This document shows positions 48,247 through 60,167 of a DNA stretch of 64,000 nt, piece after piece. Under the pieces are notes generated by a model that saw only the letters and a list, made by a program, of their open reading frames with translations, made no database searches and had not been told where the DNA came from. The translations under genes and the position numbers were made by a program. Numbering within the stretch: the stretch's first letter is position 1; the number at the start of each line of letters is the position of its first letter. Origin of the DNA: Owenia fusiformis (taxonomy: Eukaryota); assembly GCA_903813345.2 (NCBI GenBank), contig CAIIXF020000001.1, forward strand, positions 34,472,001-34,536,000. The letters run 5' to 3'.

Positions 48247-51200
48247 TAGTACCATGGGTACTGGGCTCACATGGTGACAGAAAAAAATGGATATAATTTT
48301 TTGCTGATTTTTTGTTACAAAATTATTTCAAGCCATCTGTCTCTCAGTCAATTAAAATGGCTGAAAAAAAAACGGATATAATTTTTTGCCAATAATTTGT
48401 AACAAAATTATTTCATACAACTACTCTTTACAGTGACATGGCTTTTTGCAATGCAAGACACCTGAAATTATTTGTAAAGCTAGGAAATGGGCCAAAATTG
48501 AATTTCGCGAGACAAAAATGGCGACCATTTTGAAATCAGGCAAGCTTTTGAACCAGGAGTCATAGGGAAGTTTTTTGTATTGATGTTGAACAAAAATAAC
48601 TTGAAACTGGAATCCTATCGACAGAGGTTTTAAGCAAATGGTCCAAAAGAGGATTCCGCGAGACAGATGGACATATCAATGTTAACTAAAATGGCTGAAA
48701 ATAAAAAAAATGGATATAATATTTTGTCGATTTTTTGTAACAAAATTATTTCATACAACTACCTTTTACAGTGACATGGCTTTTTACAATGCAGGACAGC
48801 TGAAATTATTTGTAAAGCTAGGAAATGGGCAAAAAGTGAATTTCGCGAAACAAAAATGGCAACCATTTTGAAAATAGGCGAGCTTTTGAAACAAGAGTCA
48901 TAGGAGAGTTTTTCGTATTGATGTTGAACAAAATTAACTTAAAATGGGAATCCTATCGACAGAGGGTTTAAGGTAAATGGTCCAAAAGTGGATTTTGCGA
49001 GACAGATGGACAAATCAATGTTAACTAAAATGGCAGAAAATAAATAAATGGATATAATTTTTCCCTGATTTTTCGTAACAAAATTATTTCATACATCTAC
49101 TCTTTACATTGACATGGATTTTTACAATGTAGGACACTTGAAATTATTTGTAAAGCTAGGAAATGGGTCAAAAGTGAATTTCGCGAGACAAAAATGGTGG
49201 CCATTTTGAAAATAGGCGAGCTTTTGAACCAGGAGTCATAGGGGAGTTTTCTGAATTGATGTTGAACAGAAATAACTTAAAACAGGAATCCTATCCACAG
49301 AGGTTTTAAAACGTGCCACAGAAAGTGGATTTCGCGAGTCAGATAGACAAATCAATGTTAACTAAAATGGCTGAAAATAAAAAAATGGATACAATTTTTC
49401 GCTGATTTTTTGTAACAAAATTATTTCATATATCTACCCTTTACATTGACATGGATTTTTACAATGTAGGACACCTGAAATTATTTGTAAAGCTAGGAAA
49501 TGGGTCAAAAGTGAATTTCGCGAGACAAAAGTGACGGCCATTTTGAAAATAGCCGAACTTTTGAACCAAGAGTCATAGGAGAGTTTTCTGTATTGATGTT
49601 GAACAAAAATAACTTAAAATGGGAATCCTATCCACAGAGGGTTTAAGGTAAATGGTCCAAAAGTGAATTTTGCGAGACAGATGGACAAATCTATGTTAAC
49701 TAAAATGGCTGAAAATAAATAAATGGATATAATTTTTCGCTGATTTTTCGTAACAAAATTATTTCATACATCTACTCTTTACTTTGCAATGGATTTCTAC
49801 AATGTAGGACACTTGAAATTATTTGTAAAGCTAGGAAATGGGTCAAAAGTGAATTTCGCGAGACAAAAATGGTGGCCATTTTGAAAATAGGCGAGCTTTT
49901 GAACCAGGAGTCATAGGGGAGTTTTCTGAATTCATGTTGAACAGAAATAACTTAAAACAGGAATCCTATCGACAGAGGTTTTAAAACGTGCCACTGTTAT
50001 TGACAGAAAGTGGATTTCGCGAGTCAGATAGACAAATCAATGTTAACTAAAATGGCTGAAAATAAAAAAATGGATACAATTTTTCGCTGATTTTTTGTAA
50101 CAAAATTATTTCATATATCTACCCTTTATATTGACATGGATTTTTACAATGTAGGACACCTGAAATTATTTGTAAAGCTAGGAAATGGGTCAAAAGTGAA
50201 TTTCGCAAGACAAAAGTGACGGCCATTTTGAAAATAGCCGAGCTTTTGAACCAAGAGTCATAGGAGAGTTTTCTGTATTGATGTTGAACAAAAATAACTT
50301 AAAATGGGAATCCTATCCACAGAGGGTTTAAGGTAAATGGTCCAAAAGTGAATTTTGTGAGACAGATGGACAAATCAATGTTAACTAAAATGGCTGAAAA
50401 TAAATAAATGGATATAATTTTTCGCTGATTTTTCGTAACAAAATTATTTCATACATCTACTCTTTACTTTGCAATGGATTTCTACAATGAAGGACACTTG
50501 AAATTATTTGTTAAGCTAGGAAATGGGTCAAAAGTGAATTTCGCGAGACAAAAATGGTGGCCATTTTGAAAATAGGCGAGCTTTTGAACCAGTAGTCATA
50601 GGGGAGTTTTCTGAATTCATGTTGAACAGAAATAACTTAAAACAGGAATCCTATCGACAGAGGTTTTAAAACGTGCCACTGTTATTGACAGAAAGTGGAT
50701 TTCGCGAGTCAGATAGACAAATCAATGTTAACTAAAATGGCTGAAAATAAAAAAATGGATACAATTTTTCGCTGATTTTTTGTAATAAAATTATTTCATA
50801 TATCTAATCTTTACATTGACATGGATTTTTACAATGTAGGACACCTGAAATTATTTGTAAGGTTGGAAATGGGCCAAAAGTGAATTTCGCGAGACAAAAG
50901 TGACGGCCATTTTGAAAATAGGCGAGCTTTTGAACCAGGAGTCATAGGGGGGTTTTCTGTATTGATGTTGAACAGAAATAACTTAAAACAGGAATCCTAT
51001 CGACAGAGGTTAGCTAGGAAAAGGGCTAAAAGTGAATTTCGCGAGACAAAAGTGACGGCCATTTTGAAAATAGGCAAGCTTTGAACCAGGAGTCATAGGG
51101 GGGTTTTCTGTATTGATGTTGAACAGAAATAACTTAAAACAGGAATCCTATCGACAGAGGTTTTAAAACGTGCCACTATTGTTGACGGACGGACGGACAG

Positions 51201-51262
51201 ACGGACGGACGGACAGACAGACGGACAAGTGAGTGATTGCAAAAGCTCACCATGTGAGCTAA
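48247..51262 (-). mobile_element. Helentron/HINE-type element, family F, with ~340-bp satellite array (~8 units)
   Basis: Head TTAGCTCACATGGTGAGC, (GGAC)n at 51185-51227, ATGTTAACTAAAATGGC every 337-347 bp, tail CACCATGTGAGCCCAGTACCCATGGTAC (minus). Confidence 0.85.
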
Positions 51263-51367
51263 TAATAATAATAAAAAAGCCCAGTCATGCCCAGAAGATG
51301 TTTACAGTGCTTTTAAGGTCTAAGGTACCTGTTGTCAGAAGGGAGGTTAACGAGGGGTATAGCCTTT

Positions 51368-51881
51368 TTATTTTTTCGTGAAGCTACTCAGTAAAATTAC
51401 GATTTCTCTGCAACCTGATGTCCAATCAAGAACATTCAAGTATCTATGTGTTCCTGACATATTTGGGCGTCCGGGAATAACAATGTTTACCCAACGTTTG
51501 CACGCTAAATTAACTTAATATATGAATGAAATCTGGAAGACAAAATTTGACATTCACAAACAAAATTGCTTGTGAAAACTGTTTACAAAAGTGTTCCAGA
51601 GACTCTAATCTACTTGGCTAAGGTATTATTTGAAGATACATTGCCTTATTAAGCAGGTAGAGGGGCATACAGAACACGGAAGCAAATGCTATGTTGAAAA
51701 TGTTTTTGTCTTCCTGACTTCAGTCATGAATTACGTCAATTTCACGTGCAAACTTTGGGTGGACATTGTCATTACCGGATGCCCAAACATGTCAGGAATA
51801 CATAGATACTCAAATGATGTTGATTGGACATCAGGGTGCAGAGAAATCGTAATTTAAATGAGTGGCTTCACGAAGAAATAA
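51368..51881. mobile_element. MITE-like foldback with ~135-bp inverted arms
   Basis: TTCGTGAAGCTACTCA...TTTGCACG (51375-51503) is mirrored by CGTGCAAA...TGAGTGGCTTCACGAA (51745-51874). Confidence 0.65.
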
Positions 51882-51903
51882 GCAGCATTTTAAGCCACCT
51901 TAA

Positions 51904-54900
51904 GGCTCAGCTGGAAAGTAACATTTTGGTAAAAAAGTGCTATACCTGCACATGTTACTTTCTGGTACAAAATTAAGTATGAAGGCATGTGTTTTTCCTT
52001 GCTTTTTTCAGGAAAGTATCATTACACTGTCTTCTTTTGGTAAACCTGGAAACAGGTCAATGGTAGCTCCTGTGTTTTCTGGAAACTTTGAAAGAAAATT
52101 TTGAAAAATAGAAAGTGTAAAATATCAGAATTTCCTGGAGTTCCAATTGAAATCCTACCAGATATTCTAATAGTCTAGAATAGGCATGTATAAAATAAAA
52201 TGACATCTTACATTTTGACGAGCACCTTAACCATGGTTATCAAATGAAAGGTAAAGGGTTTCTTTATTGATACTGAGATTTGCCAAGATGAAAAAGGTGT
52301 CGAAGTGACTTTTGGGGTAAAAAATGTGTTTTTTGCAAAAAAAATTTAAATTAATAAAAAATATTTTTGAAAACTTATCATATAAAATACAGTCTAGTTG
52401 ACTCTCAAAAGTCGAAATATACCATGTTTAATCAACTTGGGGGGATTTTGGGACCTTAATAGTTTTTTCTTTGGGATTTGCATGCAATATCGACTAAAAC
52501 GAGTGTGTTTAAAATATGATGACAACGTTAACACATTTTGACGAGCAGCTTAACCATGGTTAATAATTGAAAGGTAAAGGGTTCCTTTATTGATACTGAG
52601 ATTTGCCAAGATGAAATAGGTGTCAAAGTGAGTTTTTGGGTAAAAAATGCGTTTTTTGCAAAAACAAAATTAAATTGATAAAAATATATTTTGGAAAATT
52701 TATTATATAAAATACAGTCTAGTTGACTCTCAAAAGTCAAATTATACCATGTTTAATCAACTAGGGGGATTTTGGGAGCTTAACAATTTTTTCTTTGTGA
52801 TTTGCATGCAATATCAACTAAAACGAGTGTGTTCAAAACATGATGACACCATTAACATATTTTGACGAGCAGCTTAATCATGGTATATAATTGAAGAGTA
52901 AAGGGTCCCTTTGTTGATACTGAGATTTGCCAAGATGAAATAGGTGTCGAAGTAAGTTTTTGGGTAAAAAATGAGTTTTTGCAAAAATAAGTTTATGTTA
53001 AAAAAAACATTTTTAGAAAAATTATTATATGAAATACAGTCTTGTTGACGAAATATACCATGTTTAATCAAGGGTTCCTTTATTGATACTGAGATTTACC
53101 AAGATGAAATAGGTGTCAAAATGTGTTTCGGGTGAAATGCGTTTTTACAAGAGAAATTCAAAAATTGAAATATCTTTTTTGAAATTAAATATTAACAAAT
53201 ATAGTCCGATTGATTATAAAACAAGTGAGAACAACTATTTGTTATCAATTTTGAGAGATTTTCGAAGCTGTTTGAGGTATTGTCTTGTGGTTTGTATCTT
53301 GCGAATTCAAAGGCACTTGAATTGACGTTACTGCAAGGAGTTAAGGGGGTTGCGGTTGGTGCGATCTCAACCCCACCTAAAAAATACAACCAATAAAAGA
53401 GACGAGTGGTTTAGAATGCTTTTTGAAGTTTCTAGCTAAATTTTGAAGGAGTTGCACCAATTTTTAAAATAATACGATCGCAGCCTCCCCCTCAGCTGGT
53501 AGAAAGCGGGCTATGGCCCTGCTATGTATACCCTTTGTTTTATGTATATTCCAGTTCAAACGTTAGTTAATGAAAACACCATATAATTATCTGTGATGTA
53601 GTGGATATCTACAATGAATATTTTAATGTATCCTCTATTACAAGCTGAAGATACGTGGTCAATGAAATTTGTAAAAATTGATCATAAATAGGAAATCCTT
53701 TGAAACAAAATTATCTTTAAAATACTTCTCTCAATCAAATTATCACTAACACTGAAAGCATCACCATTAACAATGTTAATTGTTGATTCAAATAGTATTT
53801 AATATTAACAATTAGCAAAGATTTGAACTGCATCAATCTGTTATCATATTTGCACCTAGCAGTACATTTGATCCAAGACACTGGGCTGATTGGCACTGAC
53901 CAATAAGCGTTGCATTCCATTGTGCAGTGTATGTCTGGTATGAATGTAGAACTCATGATTAATACAAGTACATTTGACATATATTTTAATGTGATTTTTA
54001 CTTTCATCTTCTATTTCATAATTATTCTCATTTATTTATTGACTGTTATTTCATTGGTACCATCAATTTTAAATATCAAGCATGTTACGAAAACTCTTTG
54101 TTACAGTCATGGCACACAAGTCAAGATCAAGACCAAGTATCCTCTTAGCTTGGAACATCAAAATATCCTTTCTTAATTGCACTGTTGTGTGTCTAGCTCA
54201 GGCAAGTAGAGAGGGGGAGGGGTCACAGAGGCTTGAAGCAAGACTACCTTATTTAGCACATAATACAACATGACTTGATTATGGGTTACTTACACAACAG
54301 TATAGTAAAATAACCATTCCGTATATCAAATAAGCATGTACTTCTGTGTGATAATTATAACAGACTTATAAATACAGTAGCTCCCTTATGAGAGAATCTC
54401 AGGAGCAGATAATGCTGCAATGCTGTAGTGTGATTCTGATTATTGGGTTTACTAGTTCAGTAAAATTAATCAAACCAGATTGAGTACTGTAATCTATGGA
54501 TTTTTCAAAACACTGGCACATGTCCAGCATGAAACAATTGACACATTGACTACAGCTGTTTTGGCATTTAAGTGGTGATCAACACTGGTTATATTGATTG
54601 AACTAGTTAAGAAATGAGGAATGCTATACTAATTAATCGTCTAATTAGTGCCTTTCGACACCTCATTCACTTTGGCAAATCTCACAAATCGTTTGTAAGA
54701 TATAAAGGATTATTTTGATACAGGTCTCTAGGGTGCTCGCAAAAATGTAAGAACTCTCTCTTTCTAGAGGCTTTTATTTTGAAAATATTCTAGACTATAA
54801 AAGAAGATAATGTAATGATACTTTCCTGAAAAAAGCAAGGAAATTGACACATGCCTTCATACTTAATTTTGTACCAGAAAATAACATGTGCAGGTATAGC

Positions 54901-54940
54901 CTAGCAATTTTTTACCAAAATGTTATTTTCCAGCTGTACC
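51904..54940. mobile_element. Kolobok-like MITE (same family as 22868..24018) expanded by a nested insertion
   Basis: TTAA|GGCTCAGCTGGAAAG...TTCCAGCTGTACC|TTAA; the internal sequence is colinear with the reverse complement of the 22868 copy except for 52171..54797. Confidence 0.85.
52171..54797. mobile_element. Academ-like non-autonomous element
   Basis: TAA|TAGTCTAGAATA...TATTCTAGACTA|TAA: TAG..CTA termini with 3-bp TSD; internal ~325-bp tandem repeat (52200-53120). Confidence 0.7.
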
Positions 54941-55017
54941 TTAAGCTACATGTTTTGTATGTAAAGAATTATGATCCTCTACAGGGTTCTCCCCTTCACT
55001 GAATTACCCGATTGAGC

Positions 55018-55107
55018 ATAAGGGCGTATTTGGTAAATAGTGGTAAATAAGGGCGTATTTGGAAAATAGTGGTAAATAAGGGCGTAATTGGAAAATAGTG
55101 GTAAATG
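55018..55107. repeat. 29-bp minisatellite, 3 copies
   Basis: ATAAGGGCGTA(T/A)TTGG(T/A)AAATAGTGGTAA repeated three times. Confidence 0.8.
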
Positions 55108-57011
55108 GGTATCTCAAGAACAACCAATTGAGAAAGGGACACTTATCCTTGGGGGTCATAATATATTGCACATTTAATGTACATGTTCAATGTTGCCGTC
55201 CCCAGGACAGCTACACCATATGATCAACAACTATATTTGCATCCATGTTGTAGGTTGTTGGATGTGACACATAATAAATATAATTTTAGAAGATAACTTT
55301 GAGTTATGTTTCGTGTACTAGACGTACACTTCAATACGTCCATCTCATTCGCAGTTCGTTCAGATCACACCATGTCAGTGTGTACACATATTGCAATTGA
55401 TATCCATTATGTTTTCGTAATAGATAGTAGGCAACAGGTGGAGTAGACACTTTGTCAGAGAGGAAATATACCCATGTACCATCTGTATAATCTCTCATAA
55501 CCAACCGGCATAATTTGTCATATCACCACAAATGAATTATAACATCCACACAAGAGGGGGAATATCCCAGAATTTTTGGATAGAGGGTCATCTTAAAGAG
55601 ATCTATGAATTCTGGGTTATTTCCTCATCTTATCCACAAATAAAATAGCTAGGCATTCTATATCACTTCCTGTCCAATCAAAACAAAGTGTGGCCATGAT
55701 ATATTATACCCTCTTCTCCTTAAAGAAAATCAATATTACAGTTACACCTTCACAACTTTATTCCCACCTTATTTCCAGGAAGAAGAAAACCAAACAGGAT
55801 GAGTTGGCCTACTTTGAGCTAACCTCTGCTCAAAATTATATACGTATCAATTTCGAGTAACCTTAGTCGTCTTGTGGTCTCGGAAACTCCAAAAGGACAA
55901 ATCCTAAATAGATTATGATGCACTTGAATTTGCTGTTTTTCTAGTTTATTGTGTCCCAGTTTGTCCCGTTTACCCTATATCCATCCCAGCTTAAACCCTC
56001 TTTTCATCTTTTTTCTTGCTAGGCTCTAGTGTGCCTTTACCGCTCTTGTGGGGATTACACTTGTTAGTATCTTTGACACATTCTCTCAAAATTGTGCATG
56101 GTAAGATTTGATTTCAATATTTTCAATTCTAATTGGAATTAAACACTGCAATGGAAATGAAGCTTATGGATAATCAGGCCAGCTTTTGCCAAGGGGGGTT
56201 TCACTTTGCAAAAAAATCCAGTTTGGGGTTACTTTGAAAAATCACATGAAAAATGCTCAGAATGGTGTAAAACTGCATGATTTTGAAAGAATTTTTGGTT
56301 GCCCCCCCCCCCCCCCCCCCTAGGCCTGATAATGAATAATGAATTGACAAAATGAACTAAAGGATATTAGAACTAAGGGATAAAACATGAGAAATTTCTG
56401 GTCTGGGGTAAATATGGCTACGTAATCGTCATTTTAGGGAATAATAAAACAAATATTTCATTCTATTTATGATAAAACTCATTTCACATGGAGCTGTTTA
56501 ACTTGCTTTCAAGCTTGTGGAATATTACATGTGAATAATGTGTGTAACTGTAAGCAAAACACATTTAACACAATGTTATATAGATGTATATGAGTTCATA
56601 TATTTCCACAATATAAAATTTCATACTGTATTTTAATTCATTTCTACTGTACTTACAATTATGTAAAAGTAACATTCAAATGTATTTCATTAAAAAAAAT
56701 AAAACAGCAAAGATGCTAAATCAATTATCTGTTCTTACGTCTACAGTACAGTCTGCATTACCTGAACAGAAATGGAACCGGACAAACGTGTTCAGAATGA
56801 CAGGTGTTTGCATTTCTAGTTTTTAACATGGAAGCGTTTGATAGATTAATGCAAGGCATTAACATGCAAAATGTCACCAACATTTGGTTCAGATGTCAAC
56901 CGCCGATTGCAAACCCTCATAAAAACGGAGTCCATAACAACATGTCACCACTTTTTGGAGGTGACATAAAAATGGGACTGGACAAAAGTGTTCATACTGA
57001 GAGGTGTTCAA

Positions 57012-57657
57012 ACCAGAACTACGGCAACGCCAGAGCGTAGCGAATCGTTAAATTGAGGCCATTTTTCAAAATGGCCACCTTCTACCAAAAGTGTCATGAG
57101 ACAGTGTGCCATGCTTATAGTATTCACATACCAAATATGAACAAAATCGCTCCACTACTTTTCGAGTTATAGTAAAATATGTTAAAATGGCCGCCTTCTA
57201 CCAAAAGTGTCAATAGACAGTGTGCCGTGCTTATAGTGTTCACATACCAAATATGAACAAAATCGCTCCACTACTTTTCGAGTTACAGCAAAAATCATAA
57301 AATAACGAGTAAAGGCCGCCATTTTTCAAGATGGCTGCCATGTGCTTCTTTAATATCTACATTTCTAGCTTTATTAATGTCCTACATAATTTGTTTTACA
57401 TTTGAAACATTGCTATTACAGTTTTACTAATAGCACCTAAATTACTGTAAAATCGGCACTAAAATGGCCGCCATTTTTTAATGAGCGGCCATTTTGAAAA
57501 TCAGCTTTTGAGCAGAACTTCTACCCCCTTAGGGTATATGTGTACAAAATATGAACAAAATGGGGCCAACGGTATTTGAGTTATTGCCCGGACGGACAGA
57601 CGTACGGACGGACGGAGGCGTTCCCTATATCCCTCCGAACTTCGTTCGATGGGATAA
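57012..57657 (-). mobile_element. HINE family B, short copy (2 monomers)
   Basis: Colinear with 3588..4923, including head, microsatellite and 3' hairpin. Confidence 0.8.
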
Positions 57658-58007
57658 CTAAAGAGGTGTTTTGATAAACATGTAATTCAATAAATACTGA
57701 TACAAAAGCAGTTATATTAATAAAACACAAATTTAAAAAGAAAAAATATTCCTTAATTTGATTCAATTTGTTTCAACTAAGAACTTGGAAAAAATAAATC
57801 AGTTGTTTGCAACCAATTGTGTTGAATAATTAATACAAGGCATTGACATGCAAAATGTGACCAGTGTAATTTGCTACAGATGCCAAACGCCGCCAAATGC
57901 CAAGCGATGAACACTTACAACAAAAAAGTTGGAGACCATAACAATATGTCACCACTTAAATTGTTTGTCTTTTTTAGAACTGATTGACAGATATTTCTAG
58001 TTAAATA

Positions 58008-58889
58008 TACTCCTCAAAAAAGTTAAGGACCTCATAGGTTTACATGTTAACCCCCATATTTGTTTAACGACTGTTTTCTAAGCGGGGAACAAAAGAAATC
58101 CCAATAAAGTAAATAAATCTGTATCTTGATTCTATTCGCTATAAAGTCCGCAACGTTTCAATGTTATATCTCCATTACATTCTGTCAAAATTTGATGTCA
58201 AAATTGATGAATTTCATGAAATGTAACAAAAATGGCAGATCCCATGTTAAACAAATGGGGAATGGTGGCTTAGGGGCAACTCAGATTTTGGAATATCTAT
58301 TCAGCAAAACATTTATTAAAAATACTTTATAAGTAGAAAATTGAATGATTTTACATTTTACATGCTAAATGTCTCGCTTATGTTGTTAAAATTAGCGATA
58401 CGGGGCGTTAAAGTAATTTTGACCACCTCACTGAACCACCTGTGTTATTTCAATAAGAGGTTCATTAAAAAATTATTGAATTTGAAACCATTAACTTTTG
58501 TAAAGCCTGGACAATTAAATCATATTTTTGTCGAGTAGACAATTTAGCAAATTTAATTATCTCTTACAATCTCAATTCTGAGAGCAATCGGATGGATGGA
58601 TCGTTCCTCATATGACTTATGGCAACCCAACCATTCCCCATTTGTTTAACATGGGATCTGCCATTTTTGTTAAATTTCATGAAATTCATCAATTTTGACA
58701 TCAAATTTTGACCCAATGTAATGGAGATATAACATTGAAACGTTGTGGACTTTATAGTGAATAGAATCAATATACAGATTTATTTTCTTTATTGGGATTT
58801 CTTTTGTTCCCCGCTTAGAAAACAGTCGTTAAACAAATATGGGGGTTAACATGTAAACCTATGAGGTCCTTAACTTTTTTTGAGGAGTA
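58008..58889. mobile_element. Tc1/mariner non-autonomous element with ~255-bp TIRs
   Basis: TA|TACTCCTCAAAAAAGTTAAGGACC...GGTCCTTAACTTTTTTTGAGGAGTA|TA; long near-perfect TIRs; no transposase ORF. Confidence 0.88.
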
Positions 58890-59015
58890 TAGTTCATTCA
58901 TGCAATGATGCCATCGAGAAATGTGGTACTTTTAAGAGTATCAAAATGGCTGTAGCAGAGTAGCAAAGACTTAGAAATACAACAAATAGGTGAGGTATTA
59001 AAAGGCCAAAGGAAA

Positions 59016-59795
59016 CTAAAAAACGGCAACTCCACATAGCAAATCCCAACAAACACTATATAAATCATGAATCTGTACAGTCACAATGTAATATTTACTC
59101 TTCTCTTCAATAAATATTTGAGACCATTGTAGTGTCATTTTACCATACTTTCAAGATAACTCTAAGTAATGGCGAATTCCTGCTCTAGGCAGCCATTTTG
59201 AATTTTCTGAGGCACAAATCAGAAAAACAATACCATAATTGTGATCTACTCTGAAACTCCTTCAATTTGAGTATAATATAGCCATACTTTAAGAGATCAA
59301 AAAATAATTGCGAAATCCCACATTAGGCGGTCATTTTGAATTTTACGAGGCCCGGATCAGAAAAACGATACAATATTTGAAATCTACTCTCTTAATTGCC
59401 TTTCATTTGAGTATAATAAAGCTATACTTTAAAAACATCTCAAAATTAATGCAAATTCCTGTTTTTCGAACCCCCCATTCAAGGCACCTTGGGGTCAGGG
59501 TGAAAGACACGGTGTATATGTGAAATAGATAGATCTTGTGAATATACTACCAAAATTTCAAATAATAATATTTATTATTTTTAAGATTTTTACAAAAATT
59601 CCCGCCATTTTTAAACCGGCGGCCATCTTGAAAATGTTTTTCACCAATATACATCTTTCCACCAAATATGAAGAAAATCTGTCAACTAGTATTCAAGTTA
59701 TCTTCCGGACAGATGAAAGGACGGACTGACTGACTGACGGACAGACGGATGGACAGCTTCACTATATCCCTACTGAACTTCGTTTGTTGGGATAA
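59016..59795 (-). mobile_element. HINE family G: family-A-like ends with an unrelated interior
   Basis: Head TTATCCCAACAAACGAAGTTCAGTAGGGATATAG, GGAC/TGAC microsatellite, tail TGGGATTTGCTATGTGGAGTTGC (minus), two degenerate ~140-bp units. Confidence 0.7.
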
Positions 59796-60167
59796 TAAAT
59801 CCTTCCATTGGACTTATTTCCACTCTATTATTCAGAAAATAGTCTCATGATTCAAGCCTGGCTACACCCCTATCCTTTGAACACTAGCAAGGTGGAAAGT
59901 GTAGAAATGGAACAAGGCATTCACATGCAAAATGTCATCACCTACCATTTGTTACACACATCCCCTTCTGGTGGTGACATAAAAAAGAATGCTACTGCTG
60001 TCATGATGAACAGTCTTAAGTATCTATGAAAATCCATCCAATGAAAATCACATTTTGAGAATTTTTAAGACAAAAAATTGTCAATGCCTAAAAATGGTTT
60101 CTGAATTACATTTTGCAATACTGTACAACTAATCTTCTATATAAGAATTTTGTCATGTGCCTCTACT

